Numbered from the whole stretch's first letter, positions 18,187-28,569 are shown. The stretch: 60,299 nucleotides of DNA, filler included, from 6 parts of 6 records of this genome joined end to end with filler, not necessarily neighbours in it; one strand, 5' to 3'. Numbers and translations are program-made. The notes: generated by a model from the sequence alone, not told the origin.

Positions 18187-19119
18187 ATGGACTGGCTGGA
18201 AGTCACCGTTTACAGTAATGGCGGCAATCTGGATGAGCTTGTTGAAAAGCTGGAGGAACTAAACGTCGGCGGCCTCGTCATAAATGACGAGGCGTCCATC
18301 CGTGAACATCTGGAGAGCAATCCCGCTGCCTGGGATTACGTGGACGACGAGGTGTTTAAAAACGTACAGAGCGGATCATCGGCGCAGTTTTATCTGGAAG
18401 ACAGCGCTGAAGGCCGCTGTCTGCTGGAAAATTGCCGTGCGTCGCTCCAAAGCGCAACCTTTGAGACGAAAAAAGTCCGCGACGAGGACTGGATGAACAA
18501 TTGGCGGCAGTATTTTAAGCCCATTGAGATTGGCGAGAGGCTGCTGATCGTGCCGGCCTGGGAAGATGTCCCGCCGGATACGGGCAGAATTATACTTCGA
18601 ATTGAGCCGGGGCAGGCGTTTGGCACGGGCGCGCACGCATCTACAAGCCTGTGCCTGTCGGTGCTTGAAAAGGTAACGGGGAAAAGGGTGCTTGATTTGG
18701 GCTGCGGCAGCGGTATTCTTGCCGTTGGCGCTCTGCTTTTCGGCGCAAATGAGGCCATTTGCTGTGATATTGCAGAGGACGCGGCGATTGTTTGCCGTGA
18801 TAACGCACGACTCAATGAATTGGAAGAGCGGCGTATCCGTGCATTTACCTGTGATATCTTAAATGAGCAGGCGCTTCGTGCGGTAACAGGAGGCGGTCGG
18901 TTTGATATCGTCTTTGCCAACATCATAGCCGACGTCATCATTCAGCTGGCGCCCCAAGTCAAGGAGCTTTTAACGCCGGACGGCAATTTTATCTGCTCGG
19001 GCATCATCGACGGCCGTCAGGATGAGGTTAAAGCGGCGCTGAGTGAAAACGGCTTGCAGCTGACGGAAGCGCGCGCGATGGACGGCTGGCATATGATTAC
19101 AGCGCGGCGTGTTGTTTAA
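18187..19119 (+). CDS. prmA: Ribosomal protein L11 methyltransferase
   Basis: DEDW...WRQYFKP, PGQAFGTGAH.ST, LDLGCGSGIL, ANI.AD, SGII. Confidence 0.95.
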   Translation: MDWLEVTVYSNGGNLDELVEKLEELNVGGLVINDEASIREHLESNPAAWDYVDDEVFKNVQSGSSAQFYLEDSAEGRCLLENCRASLQSATFETKKVRDEDWMNNWRQYFKPIEIGERLLIVPAWEDVPPDTGRIILRIEPGQAFGTGAHASTSLCLSVLEKVTGKRVLDLGCGSGILAVGALLFGANEAICCDIAEDAAIVCRDNARLNELEERRIRAFTCDILNEQALRAVTGGGRFDIVFANIIADVIIQLAPQVKELLTPDGNFICSGIIDGRQDEVKAALSENGLQLTEARAMDGWHMITARRVV

Positions 19120-19166
19120 GCTGCTGTGCTGTGATAAAATGGCGGGTACAAAAGGAGGCGGACGGT

Positions 19167-20306
19167 GTGAAAAAGAAAATGTTGATCGTAGTCATCGTGC
19201 TTTGTATGACGCTTACCCTCCTGTCACCGACTGCCACAGCTGTCGGAACGGTCTACTTCTGCGGCGTTAATGATAAGCTGCTGCCGCTCAATGACCAGAT
19301 GATTCCACTGAATACCGGCAGCGAGATATATCTGCCTTATAGGATATTTACAGCTCCCGATACGAAAATCGGCGTTTTCTGCGCCGTTTCAGGCGATCAA
19401 AGCAGTCTGCTTTTATATAATACGGAAAAGCGTCTGATTTTTGATATTGCGGGGGGGACGATAACGGATCAAAACGATTCGACGTATTATTACTCCGTGC
19501 GTGTTGCCAATGGCACGGTCTATCTGCCGGCATCACTTGTCTGTTCTTTTTTCGGCCTGACGATGGCCGTTGTTCTGGGAGACCCTGCACCGATCATCCG
19601 GATTAAAAACGCGTCCGCCGTCTATAATGACAAGACGTTTCGCGGTATCTACGAGAGCGATATGCAGTCGGCATACAACCAGTACGTCGGATTACCCGAT
19701 AATGGCCAGCCGGCAACCGCCCCTCCATCGACATCGCCCTCGGCCGGACACGCCGCGGCACATGAAAACGACACTGTTTATTTGAGTTTTACGGACCTGG
19801 CTGCGGGACAGCTGGACCTGCTGCTGGACATCCTGGATACGTCGGAATACAAATGCGGCTTTTTTATCGCCGCCAATGAAATTGCCGATAATGCCGATCT
19901 TCTTCGGCGCGCTGCCGGTGCCGGCAATATGCTTGGCATCTGGCTTAACGACGGTACGTATCAGGAATATCGGACGGCATCCGAGCTGCTTTTCGAGGCT
20001 ACGAAGATCCGTACGCTTTTTGTTTCGGCCGGCAGTGAAATGCGCGTACAGGCTGAGGAAATGGCCGGAGAAAAGGGGCTTATATTCTGCAGTACGGACA
20101 GCGCCTACGACGAAACGGCTGAGCTTACGCTGCCGGGTATCACCGAGGGGCTCGGTTCGCCGGGCCGCGACGGACAGAGCCTGAGTTTTGCCTGTTCGGA
20201 AACGATCACAACGATACTTCCGGCACTGCTGACTTACTTAATGAATAATAAATATGACGTGCGGCGGATTACGGAGACGAGCCGGCCGCCCATTCCGGCC
20301 GAATAG
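19167..20306 (+). CDS. Secreted protein with degenerate polysaccharide deacetylase-like C-terminal domain
   Basis: Signal peptide after aaggagg RBS (GTG start), Pro/Ser linker, VYLSF...LLDILD...GFF pattern; catalytic residues not evident. Confidence 0.6.
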   Translation: MKKKMLIVVIVLCMTLTLLSPTATAVGTVYFCGVNDKLLPLNDQMIPLNTGSEIYLPYRIFTAPDTKIGVFCAVSGDQSSLLLYNTEKRLIFDIAGGTITDQNDSTYYYSVRVANGTVYLPASLVCSFFGLTMAVVLGDPAPIIRIKNASAVYNDKTFRGIYESDMQSAYNQYVGLPDNGQPATAPPSTSPSAGHAAAHENDTVYLSFTDLAAGQLDLLLDILDTSEYKCGFFIAANEIADNADLLRRAAGAGNMLGIWLNDGTYQEYRTASELLFEATKIRTLFVSAGSEMRVQAEEMAGEKGLIFCSTDSAYDETAELTLPGITEGLGSPGRDGQSLSFACSETITTILPALLTYLMNNKYDVRRITETSRPPIPAE

Positions 20307-20332
20307 AAGCCGTAACGGAGGAAGGAAACGAT

Positions 20333-21085
20333 ATGGACTATAAGCTCAAGGCGGTTGTGCTGGCCGCCGGAAAAGGTACGCGATTACAGTCCGACGGCGA
20401 GCAGCTGCCCAAGGTTATGCGCCGGGCAAACGGCAGGCCGCTGCTGGAATACGTTTTGGAGGCCATTTCGTTTATCGGCGAACAGAATACCATTTTGGTG
20501 GTCGGTTATAAAAAAGAGGATGTATTATCCCGTTTCGGTGTGTATCCCTTTGCCGTTCAGGACAAACAGCTGGGCACAGGCCATGCAGTCGCGTCTGCCG
20601 GGGAGCAGCTGCGGGGCTTTAACGGCAGCGTATTAGTTTGCTGCGGTGACATGCCGCTTTTAACAAAGGAGACTTATACCGCGTTGGCCGACGTCCATTT
20701 TAAAGAACAAAACGCCTGCACAATATTGTCCGGTACGACGGATGAACGTTTACCCTACGGGCGGCTCGTCCGGGACGACGCCGGCGCGTTTTTGAAGCTT
20801 GTGGAGGAAAAGGACTGTACAAGCGAGGAGCTTATGATCCGCGAGCTCAACGCGGGTGTTTATATATTTGACGCGCAGAAGCTCCTGCCGGCCTTGGCAA
20901 AGCTCAAAAATGACAACGCGCAGGAGGAGTATTACCTGACGGATGTTCCCTCCATTATGCGCGGCGAGGGTGAAAGAATCGGCGTGTGCCGGCGCGAGCT
21001 GGGAAGTGAGCTCATCGGCGTCAACACAGCCGTACAGCTGAGTCAGGTGGAAAGCATTCTGCGATCCCGCCAGCCGGGCAAATAA
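20333..21085 (+). CDS. Stand-alone GlmU N-terminal (GlcNAc-1-P uridylyltransferase-like) domain
   Basis: LAAGKGTR, PKV, QLGTGHAV, GDMPL, ELNAGVY, EYYLTD, GVN; no hexapeptide domain. Confidence 0.88.
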   Translation: MDYKLKAVVLAAGKGTRLQSDGEQLPKVMRRANGRPLLEYVLEAISFIGEQNTILVVGYKKEDVLSRFGVYPFAVQDKQLGTGHAVASAGEQLRGFNGSVLVCCGDMPLLTKETYTALADVHFKEQNACTILSGTTDERLPYGRLVRDDAGAFLKLVEEKDCTSEELMIRELNAGVYIFDAQKLLPALAKLKNDNAQEEYYLTDVPSIMRGEGERIGVCRRELGSELIGVNTAVQLSQVESILRSRQPGK

Positions 21086-21137
21086 CCCTGCGGCGCGATA
21101 TTACTTAAGAAGACCGGCAAGAACATCGTGTTTCATA

Positions 21138-21166
21138 TTGACAACCACCCGGCTAAGTGCTACTAT
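21138..21166 (+). promoter_or_regulatory. Sigma-A promoter of tRNA-Leu
   Basis: TTGACA-17 nt-TACTAT with TGn extension. Confidence 0.7.
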
Positions 21167-21230
21167 TATTCAAGTTTGAGCGCGCGGCCGTTATACTGCC
21201 GACAAGCGCTGAAGCACGCGTTTTTAAAAC

Positions 21231-21319
21231 GCCGGTGTGGCGGAACTGGCAGACGCCCGGGACTTAAAATCCCGTGAGGTTAATTCCTCGTACCGGTTCG
21301 AGCCCGGTCACCGGCACCA
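21231..21319 (+). tRNA. tRNA-Leu(TAA)
   Basis: GCCGGTG acceptor, CGGGA CT TAA AA TCCCG anticodon arm, long variable arm, GGTTCGAGCCC, ACCA end. Confidence 0.96.
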
Positions 21320-21369
21320 AAATCGCTTCGATAGGAATGGAGAGATTCATCCTGTCGGAGCGATTTTTA
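21320..21369 (+). terminator. Terminator after tRNA-Leu
   Basis: aaatcgcttcgatagga...tcctgtcggagcgattttt. Confidence 0.75.
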
Positions 21370-21561
21370 TTGCTGCATGTTTGTCTGCGTGATATATTAA
21401 TAAGGTATATATCAATCGTCCAAAGTGCTGAAAATTGGCGCTGAGCTCTTTGCAAAATAGATCGTATAGGTCATATTAAGCAATTTGTTAGCGACTGTGA
21501 CCATTGCAATGTGAAATGAATTAATCCTCCGTGTTATCAATAAATGAAGGTGGAATAAATA

Positions 21562-22410
21562 TTGGATAGCATCATCACAATGCAAAATACTAAGATGTAT
21601 TTCGGTAAAAAACACGCCCTTGAGGATGTGAATATCAACGTCTCAAAGGGAGAGATTTTCGGACTGCTTGGCCCGTCTGGCGCGGGAAAGACAACGATCA
21701 TTAATATATTGACCGGACAGCTTATAGCGACCGGCGGCCGTGCCAGCCTGTTCGGCGAAGATGTCGCAAGTCTTGACGATGCAATCTATTCGAAAATTGG
21801 CATGGTTCTGGATACAAGCGGCCTTTATGACCGGCTTTCCTGCTACGATAATTTAAAGGTATTTTCGGACATATACGGGATTGAGAAGAGCCAAATTCTT
21901 GACGCACTGGAATCTGTTCATCTTTCAGATGCGGTAAAGCTGCCTGTTTCAAAGCTGTCTAAAGGGATGACACAGCGGCTCGTATTTGCACGAGCCATCC
22001 TCAATAAGCCTGAGCTGCTTTTTCTGGATGAGCCCACCAGCGGCCTCGATCCCATTAGCGCGCAGGAGCTTCACCAGATAATACTTTCACTTCGTGAACA
22101 GGGTACGACAGTGTTTTTGACAACGCACAATATGACTGAGGCGACGCAGCTCTGCGATCATGTTGTTTTGCTCAATGAAGGCAGGGTTGTCGAGTATGGC
22201 GCGCCGGACGTGCTGTGCCGCAAATACAACACGGATCAACAAATACATATTTTACTGAAAGACGGCCGGTCGGAAGCACTTCCGAATACGGCAGACTCAG
22301 CTGAAGCAATATGCGGTTATTTCAAAAACGAGCTGATTGAATCCATTCATTCGTCCGAGCCGAATCTGGAAGCGGTTTTTATCGCTCTAACCGGAAGAAA
22401 GCTGGTGTGA
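21562..22410 (+). CDS. ABC transporter ATP-binding protein
   Basis: GPSGAGKTT, LSKGM, LFLDEPTSGLD, TTH. Confidence 0.93.
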   Translation: MDSIITMQNTKMYFGKKHALEDVNINVSKGEIFGLLGPSGAGKTTIINILTGQLIATGGRASLFGEDVASLDDAIYSKIGMVLDTSGLYDRLSCYDNLKVFSDIYGIEKSQILDALESVHLSDAVKLPVSKLSKGMTQRLVFARAILNKPELLFLDEPTSGLDPISAQELHQIILSLREQGTTVFLTTHNMTEATQLCDHVVLLNEGRVVEYGAPDVLCRKYNTDQQIHILLKDGRSEALPNTADSAEAICGYFKNELIESIHSSEPNLEAVFIALTGRKLV

Positions 22411-23120
22411 GTATGAAAATGAGAAGAATAGGCGCCGTTCTGACAAAGCAGATTAAGGACACCGTCAAAAACAAAACGATTTTGATTCAATTCATCTTGT
22501 TTCCATTAATGGCGGTTATTCTGACGTATTCAATAGCAGGAAGCACGCCGGGTATCCCTCGTAATTATTTCGTTAACTTATTCTCAGCAATGTTTGTCGG
22601 AATGGCGCCGCTTGTCAGCGCGGCGGCTATTATTGGTGAGGAAAAGGAGAAGAACACGCTTCGTGTCCTGATTATGTCCAATGTGAAGCCCTTAGAATAT
22701 CTATGCGCCCTCGCAATTTACTTACTGATTGCTTGTACTGTCGGTGCGTTGGTCTTTGCTGTGGTCGGCGGGGTTGGGGGAGCGGCAGCCTGGCGTTTTC
22801 TTCTGACCATGGTACTGGGTATCATATCGTCTATCCTGGTTGGCGCGGCTGTGGGTGTATACGCAAAAAACCAAATGAGTGCAACCTCTCTTGCTGTTCC
22901 TTTAATGATGGTTTTTTCGTTTATTCCAATGATTTCGCTGTTTAATGATTCAGTGGCTTCCTTTGGTAAGCTCCTGTACACACAGCAAATCTATTATCTC
23001 ATCAATAATTTGTCGGCGTCGAACTTTACGTTGGACAAATTTGCCATCATCGGCGCAAATATTATTATTTTCGCTGTGTTTTTCAGTTTTGCTTATAAAA
23101 AACGCAAGCTAACCGATTGA
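22407..23120 (+). CDS. ABC-2 type permease
   Basis: About six TM segments, EEKEKNTLRVL motif, overlaps the ATPase stop. Confidence 0.88.
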   Translation: MSMKMRRIGAVLTKQIKDTVKNKTILIQFILFPLMAVILTYSIAGSTPGIPRNYFVNLFSAMFVGMAPLVSAAAIIGEEKEKNTLRVLIMSNVKPLEYLCALAIYLLIACTVGALVFAVVGGVGGAAAWRFLLTMVLGIISSILVGAAVGVYAKNQMSATSLAVPLMMVFSFIPMISLFNDSVASFGKLLYTQQIYYLINNLSASNFTLDKFAIIGANIIIFAVFFSFAYKKRKLTD

Positions 23121-23162
23121 GCGATTTAGAAGACTTATTAAATTGGTCTTTATGATATATCT

Positions 23163-23204
23163 AAGGCAGCCATACTCTCATCTTAGCGAGAGTATGGCTG
23201 CCTT
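23163..23204. terminator. Terminator between convergent genes
   Basis: aaggcagccatactctc/gagagtatggctgcctt perfect stem. Confidence 0.8.
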
Positions 23205-23223
23205 GTTGTGGGTTTAAGGAGCT

Positions 23224-24435
23224 TTACACGCCCAGTTCGTCTTTGATGCTTTGGAAATACTGCTTATAGGTATCCTTGGTGACCATTTCGTTGCCAACGT
23301 AATAAAGCGTCACATCGTGGCCGGGGGCGCGCTGGTTGGCCCACAGGGTATCCCAGGTCGCCGTGCCGTCGAGCATAGCAACAAGCCCGCAGACGGCCGG
23401 CGTCACGTAAAGGTAATTGGAAATGGCCAGGCACGAGACCCAGCAGCCGTCATATCCGTTGTCCCATTCCGAGCAAAGCACGTCGCTGCCCACATCGACA
23501 ATAAGGACGCGATCTTCCAGGCCGAGACTTTCAACGGCGCGCGCCGTGCCCTGGGCAAACGTCTCGATGCTGCAGGCGACCCACCAGTATTCCACGTCGG
23601 GGTTGGCTGTGAAAATTGGCGCCGTCTGATTGTAGGCCGTCTCGGCATCAACCTTACTGACAACAGCGGCATCCGTCGTGAAAAATTGCGTGTTGTCCGG
23701 GAAAAGCTCTTTGAATTTAGCAATCGCGCCGTCTGACCGGACCTGAAGATCGGGAAGTACGGAGAAGGTATAGTCCAGCAGGGCGATTTTTGAAGTGTCG
23801 ATATCGCCCCAATACGTCTTATAGTGGTCATACAGCCATTGGATGGTCGTTGCGCCGGCGTCATAGCCGTCCAGCAGGATACAGGGCGCGAGCGGGCTGC
23901 CGTTATCATAAATGCCGGATATAACCGTGAGATACGGTATGCCGAGCTCCTCGTAAACCTCGTGAATCCGGTCTGATACCGCCTGGTCAACCTCGGCGAT
24001 GAAGCCGTCGACGCCGTTTGCTGCCAGCGTTTCGATATTGGTGATGTACTTGTCTGCGTCCAGCTCGCCGGTTGTTTTCGTTACGTGGATGTTGAGCTTG
24101 TCAGACAGGTCAACCATGGATTGATACATCTGTTCCTGAAGCAGCATAGTCATCGTGTAGGCAAAGACGATTTCATATGTATCCCGGGAATAAGGGTCGA
24201 CGCCGCTTTCGAAGAAACCGACAGCATTCTCATTGGCTGAAACGTCTTCGATGGTGGCGCTCGGCTCGTCCGATACGGCGGGCAGTGCGGAATCGGAGGG
24301 GGCGGCTTCGGACGGCGAAGCGGGAGGCGTGGTCGTTTCGGCTGAGGGCGCACCGGACGAGTCGGCTGTCGTACCGCAGGAGAATAGTGCGAAAAACATG
24401 AGCAGCGCGAGTAAAGCTGAGATTGTTTTCTTCAT
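23224..24435 (-). CDS. Sugar-type ABC solute-binding lipoprotein (paralog 1)
   Basis: LFSC lipobox, Ser/Pro/Ala linker, type I periplasmic-binding-protein pattern. Confidence 0.78.
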   Translation of the reverse strand: MKKTISALLALLMFFALFSCGTTADSSGAPSAETTTPPASPSEAAPSDSALPAVSDEPSATIEDVSANENAVGFFESGVDPYSRDTYEIVFAYTMTMLLQEQMYQSMVDLSDKLNIHVTKTTGELDADKYITNIETLAANGVDGFIAEVDQAVSDRIHEVYEELGIPYLTVISGIYDNGSPLAPCILLDGYDAGATTIQWLYDHYKTYWGDIDTSKIALLDYTFSVLPDLQVRSDGAIAKFKELFPDNTQFFTTDAAVVSKVDAETAYNQTAPIFTANPDVEYWWVACSIETFAQGTARAVESLGLEDRVLIVDVGSDVLCSEWDNGYDGCWVSCLAISNYLYVTPAVCGLVAMLDGTATWDTLWANQRAPGHDVTLYYVGNEMVTKDTYKQYFQSIKDELGV

Positions 24436-24662
24436 GATATTCCTCCTTCATAAATGAGCGCATCTTTAGTCGCTTTCGGACACTGCTTGAACGGACGGAC
24501 CGGTAAGGCCTTCTCTGCTAAAGGAAAGCGTCCATGGACTTAGAATATCATTATAGAACATACGAAATATGGAGTAAAATGGAAATAATGTCAACGGTCT
24601 TACGCCCACGGCATACTAATGTACCTAGCATTAAGGGGCCTGCATCATCGGCCCGAAAAAAG

Positions 24663-24697
24663 GAAAGCCCCCGCTTTTACAGCGGGGGCTCGTTTCC
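24663..24697 (-). terminator. Terminator after SBP paralog 2
   Basis: agcccccgct/agcgggggct stem with an A-rich flank on +. Confidence 0.7.
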
Positions 24698-24715
24698 AGT
24701 TTACCTGTTTGGAAT

Positions 24716-25939
24716 TTAGCCGGGGTAGGGAAGCTCGGCGCCAGCCTTTTCGGCATAATCGTTGAAGTAATCCTTATACGTATCCTTGGTGATCATCGTG
24801 CTGTCCGCACCGTAGAACGTGTAAAGGTCGCCGGGGGCGCGCTGGTCGGCCCACAGGGTGTCCCAGGTTGCCGTGCCGTCAATCAAAGCAACGACGGCGC
24901 AGATAGCGGGCGCGGCGTACAGATAGTTGGAGATGGCCAGACAGGATGCCCAGCTGCCGTCATAACCCGATTCCCATTCGGAGCACAGGATGTCGCTGCC
25001 GACGTCCGTGATGAGAACCTTGTCTTCAATCTGCAGCTGCTCAACGGCACGGGCAACGCCCTGCGAATACATCTCAACCGTGTTCGTTGAGAACCAGTAC
25101 TCGATGTCGGGGTTTGCCGAGAATGTCGCGGCGGCCTTATTGTATGCGGTATCCTGCGAGAAATCATTGACCATGTCAATTTCAAAAACGCCGGCGTTAT
25201 TGGGAATCAGCTCATTGAATTTGTCTTCGGCACCAACGGCACGGTCGTTAAGGTCGACGTTGGAGGAGGCGTTGGAGTTGAGCAGGGCGATTTTTGAAGG
25301 ATCGATATCGCCCCAGTATGAAGCGTAATTGTCATAGAGCCACTGAACCGTCGTCTGAGAGGCGGCATATTGATCCAGACCGACGCACGGGATAATTTCG
25401 CTGCCGGATTCGTCGCGCACGGAGTTACACCAGGCCACATACGGGATGCCCGATTCGTCAAGCACTTCCTTAATGCGAACGGACGTGTCCGCGTCAATGA
25501 CGACGATAAAGCCGTCCGTATTGCCCTGAGAGGCAAAAACCTCAATGTTCTGAATGAACTTGTCGTAATCGGCTTCGCTGGTTGAGGGCGTGATGTGACA
25601 ATTGAGCGGCTCGGCATAATGCTCGAAGCATTCCGTCATAAGCTCGTACAGCAGCAGGGTGAAGGGATACATATGAACGATCTCGTATGTATCGCGCGAA
25701 CTGGGATCAACGCCGCTTTCGAAGAAGCCGACCTCGTCAGCGTTCTTGGTGACGTCGGTCATTTCCGGCGGAGTGCTGTCCTCCGCGCTGGGCTCGGCGC
25801 TCGTTTCACTGGGCGTGCTGGGTTCGGCGCTGGCAGGCGTACTGGGCTCGGCGCTCGTATCCGGTGCGGTAGTTTTGTTGCATGCCATAAGCGTAAACAC
25901 CATAAACAGAGCCAGTAGAACTGAGAGTGCTTTTTTCAT
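24716..25939 (-). CDS. Sugar-type ABC solute-binding lipoprotein (paralog 2)
   Basis: aaggagg RBS, MKKALS start, LMAC lipobox, clearly homologous to neighbours. Confidence 0.78.
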   Translation of the reverse strand: MKKALSVLLALFMVFTLMACNKTTAPDTSAEPSTPASAEPSTPSETSAEPSAEDSTPPEMTDVTKNADEVGFFESGVDPSSRDTYEIVHMYPFTLLLYELMTECFEHYAEPLNCHITPSTSEADYDKFIQNIEVFASQGNTDGFIVVIDADTSVRIKEVLDESGIPYVAWCNSVRDESGSEIIPCVGLDQYAASQTTVQWLYDNYASYWGDIDPSKIALLNSNASSNVDLNDRAVGAEDKFNELIPNNAGVFEIDMVNDFSQDTAYNKAAATFSANPDIEYWFSTNTVEMYSQGVARAVEQLQIEDKVLITDVGSDILCSEWESGYDGSWASCLAISNYLYAAPAICAVVALIDGTATWDTLWADQRAPGDLYTFYGADSTMITKDTYKDYFNDYAEKAGAELPYPG

Positions 25940-26250
25940 TTGGATTCCTCCTTGAAAATAATGGTGTAACATGGATGCCAGAGATTCAAAAACATAAACC
26001 ACCCCCTGTTCAAAAACGCCTGCGCGATCTTTTTTGCCGAATGCTTTCAGGATGCTAACGACTATGGTTAATCCTTGAAAGTCACCTCGTACCTAAATAA
26101 TAATAACGCCACTTATATCAATGTAGCTTCATACATGCAATGATAAGAGGCGCTTTATTTCTCAACAGATTTGGCATTGAACAATGCTGGAGAGTCCCCC
26201 CGCCTCGGTAAGAGGCGGGGTAGTACATATTGCTATTTTCTAAGTTTTTG

Positions 26251-27459
26251 TCAGCCGGGGTACGGGAGATCTGCTCCGGCTTTTTCAGCATATGTGTTGA
26301 AGTAATCCTTGTACGTGTCCTTCGTGATCATTGTACTGGCGGTACCATAGAACGTGTACTGGTCACCGGGAGCCCGCATGTCGCTCCAGAGGGTATCCCA
26401 GGTTGCTGTACCGTCTATCAGGGCGACCAATCCGCAGATCGTCGGCGCGGCATACAGGTAGTTGGAGATGGCCAGGCATGACACCCAGCTTCCGGAGTAG
26501 CCTGTTTCCCATTCGGAGCATAATATATCGCTGCCGACATCGGTAATTAGGACTCTGTCCTCAAGCTGCAGGGCTTCGATGGCCCGTGCAACACCCTGTG
26601 AATACATTTCAACACAGTTTGTGGAGAACCAGTATTCGATGTCCGGGTTGGCCGAAAAAGTTGCGGATGCTTGATTATATGCCGTCTCCTGTGAAAAATC
26701 TGCTACCATATCTATATCAAATACGCCGGCGTTGTTGGGGATAAGCTCGTTGAATTTTTCTGCAGCGCCGACAGCACGGTCATTCAAATCAACGTTGGAG
26801 GAGGCGTTGGCATTGAGCAGCGCAATTTTCGATGTATCGATATCGCCCCAGTAGGTTTTATAATTATCGTAGAGCCACTGCACGGTTGTAGCGGAGGCAT
26901 CGTATTGCTCAAGACCGACGCAGGGAACGAGTTCGCTGCCGTTTTCGTCCCGATAAGAATTACACCATGCAATATAAGGTATTCCCGTTTCACCCAGGAC
27001 TTCGTTGATGCGGTCTGCGGCGTCGGCATGAATTACGACGATGAAGCCGTCCGTATTACCCTGTGAGGCAAAAATTTCGATATTCTGAATAAATACGTCC
27101 ATGTCGAATTCTGAGGTAGACGGCGTGATGTCGCAATTGAGCGTTTCGCCAAAATGCTGGAAGCAATCCGTCATATATTCGTAAAGCAGCAGAGTATACG
27201 GATACATGTGGACGATCTCGTATGTATCTCTGGACTGCGGATCGACGCCACTTTCAAAATATCCGATCTCGTCTGCATTTTTTGTGATATCTTCCATTTG
27301 GGCGGGGTCACTGTCTTCGTCGCTGGGCGAGGTGCTGTCATCGGCCGGTTCGCTGGCTTCGGCCGGAGGCTCGGTACTGGGTTGTGTGGATTGGTTGCCG
27401 CACGCAAACAATGCCAGCACTAGTAGAATTGCCAGAAGGATTGAGAGTACTTTTTTCAC
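26251..27459 (-). CDS. Sugar-type ABC solute-binding lipoprotein (paralog 3)
   Basis: GTG start, LFAC lipobox; long stretches identical to paralog 2. Confidence 0.78.
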   Translation of the reverse strand: MKKVLSILLAILLVLALFACGNQSTQPSTEPPAEASEPADDSTSPSDEDSDPAQMEDITKNADEIGYFESGVDPQSRDTYEIVHMYPYTLLLYEYMTDCFQHFGETLNCDITPSTSEFDMDVFIQNIEIFASQGNTDGFIVVIHADAADRINEVLGETGIPYIAWCNSYRDENGSELVPCVGLEQYDASATTVQWLYDNYKTYWGDIDTSKIALLNANASSNVDLNDRAVGAAEKFNELIPNNAGVFDIDMVADFSQETAYNQASATFSANPDIEYWFSTNCVEMYSQGVARAIEALQLEDRVLITDVGSDILCSEWETGYSGSWVSCLAISNYLYAAPTICGLVALIDGTATWDTLWSDMRAPGDQYTFYGTASTMITKDTYKDYFNTYAEKAGADLPYPG

Positions 27460-27534
27460 TTGATTTTCTCCTTGCGATTTATTAACAACGCTAAGCGTTA
27501 TTTATTTTCTGTTTTTATCTCAGCTGCAAAAAAG

Positions 27535-28569
27535 TTATTTTAAATAATAATCCCGTCCATAATTATAGGATTCATCCGCGATCCACTCATTGACTTTTAC
27601 AATGGTTTCATCACCGTGTTTGCCGAGCGCGGCACCAAAAAAGGCATATGCGCCGTCCGGAGCGTACAGGTCTATACAGTCTCTGACAGACTGCCGGACT
27701 TCCTCTTCGCTGACATCGGGATAGGTGGCGGGAGGTACCCAGTTATAGCCGCCCACAATGGCGATTTCTCGCCCATATTTTTTCTTGACGGCAACAAGGT
27801 CGTTCATCGCCTGGGCGGGATCCCAGCTTTTTACACCAAACTCAATCATATCGCCGACAAATTCTTCACACTTTCCGCAGTTGTGGAAATGGATTGGTAT
27901 GCCTCTGTCGACGGCCGGCTTTGTCAGCCTGGCGTAGGCGGGCTTGAGGACATTGCGGTATGAGTCGGGCGAGATGAAGGGGCTGAAGGCCGAGGCCGTG
28001 TCGTCCAGCAGATACAGCATGTCGGGGTCGTAGTAATCGACTGTGGCCTGTACGATCGGCATATAGACGTCGACCATGAAATTAATGAGTTCCTCAAAGG
28101 CCTCCGGATCCTCATAAATAGCCATCAGGCCGTTCGTAAAGCCCATAAACGCAATGACCTGCTGGAACGGCATGAGCCCGATGACACCCATCGCAGCCTG
28201 CTGCGAGCGGTCGATGTCGGCGGCTTCAATATCCGCTTTGGCCAGCTTTTCCCAATCGACATCGGGCATCTCCGGCTTTTTAATGACTTCATGCCATTTT
28301 GAGATGTCCTCCAGCATGAAATTATTCGGTTCCGGGATGCAGGCAAAGTTTGTTTCTTCGTTCGCGATATAGTCGACGCCCCAAAGGTCTTTATAACGGC
28401 CGGCCGGTGCTGCCAGGATATGCGTCTCGTTAAAGAGCGACGGGCCAACAAGCTTGACAGGTACCTCTTTGCCGGGAAAACCCATCGTATAAATCGGTAT
28501 GCTTTCGGGTATTTCTCCCCGGGTCAGTCTCAGAAAGTTTTCTTTTGGCGTCAGTTTGGATTTCGCCAT
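27535..28569 (-). CDS. URO-D / MtaA-CmuA superfamily protein, O-demethylase methyltransferase-like
   Basis: LTPKENFLR, DLWGV, MGF.NGL.A.YEDPE, DD, F.SP..Y, HNCG, ND....KKKYG. Confidence 0.75.
   Translation of the reverse strand: MAKSKLTPKENFLRLTRGEIPESIPIYTMGFPGKEVPVKLVGPSLFNETHILAAPAGRYKDLWGVDYIANEETNFACIPEPNNFMLEDISKWHEVIKKPEMPDVDWEKLAKADIEAADIDRSQQAAMGVIGLMPFQQVIAFMGFTNGLMAIYEDPEAFEELINFMVDVYMPIVQATVDYYDPDMLYLLDDTASAFSPFISPDSYRNVLKPAYARLTKPAVDRGIPIHFHNCGKCEEFVGDMIEFGVKSWDPAQAMNDLVAVKKKYGREIAIVGGYNWVPPATYPDVSEEEVRQSVRDCIDLYAPDGAYAFFGAALGKHGDETIVKVNEWIADESYNYGRDYYLK

Noticed and set aside
25781-25860. Three ctggg(c/t)tcggcgct repeats
   Set aside because: They encode the low-complexity SAEPS linker of the lipoprotein
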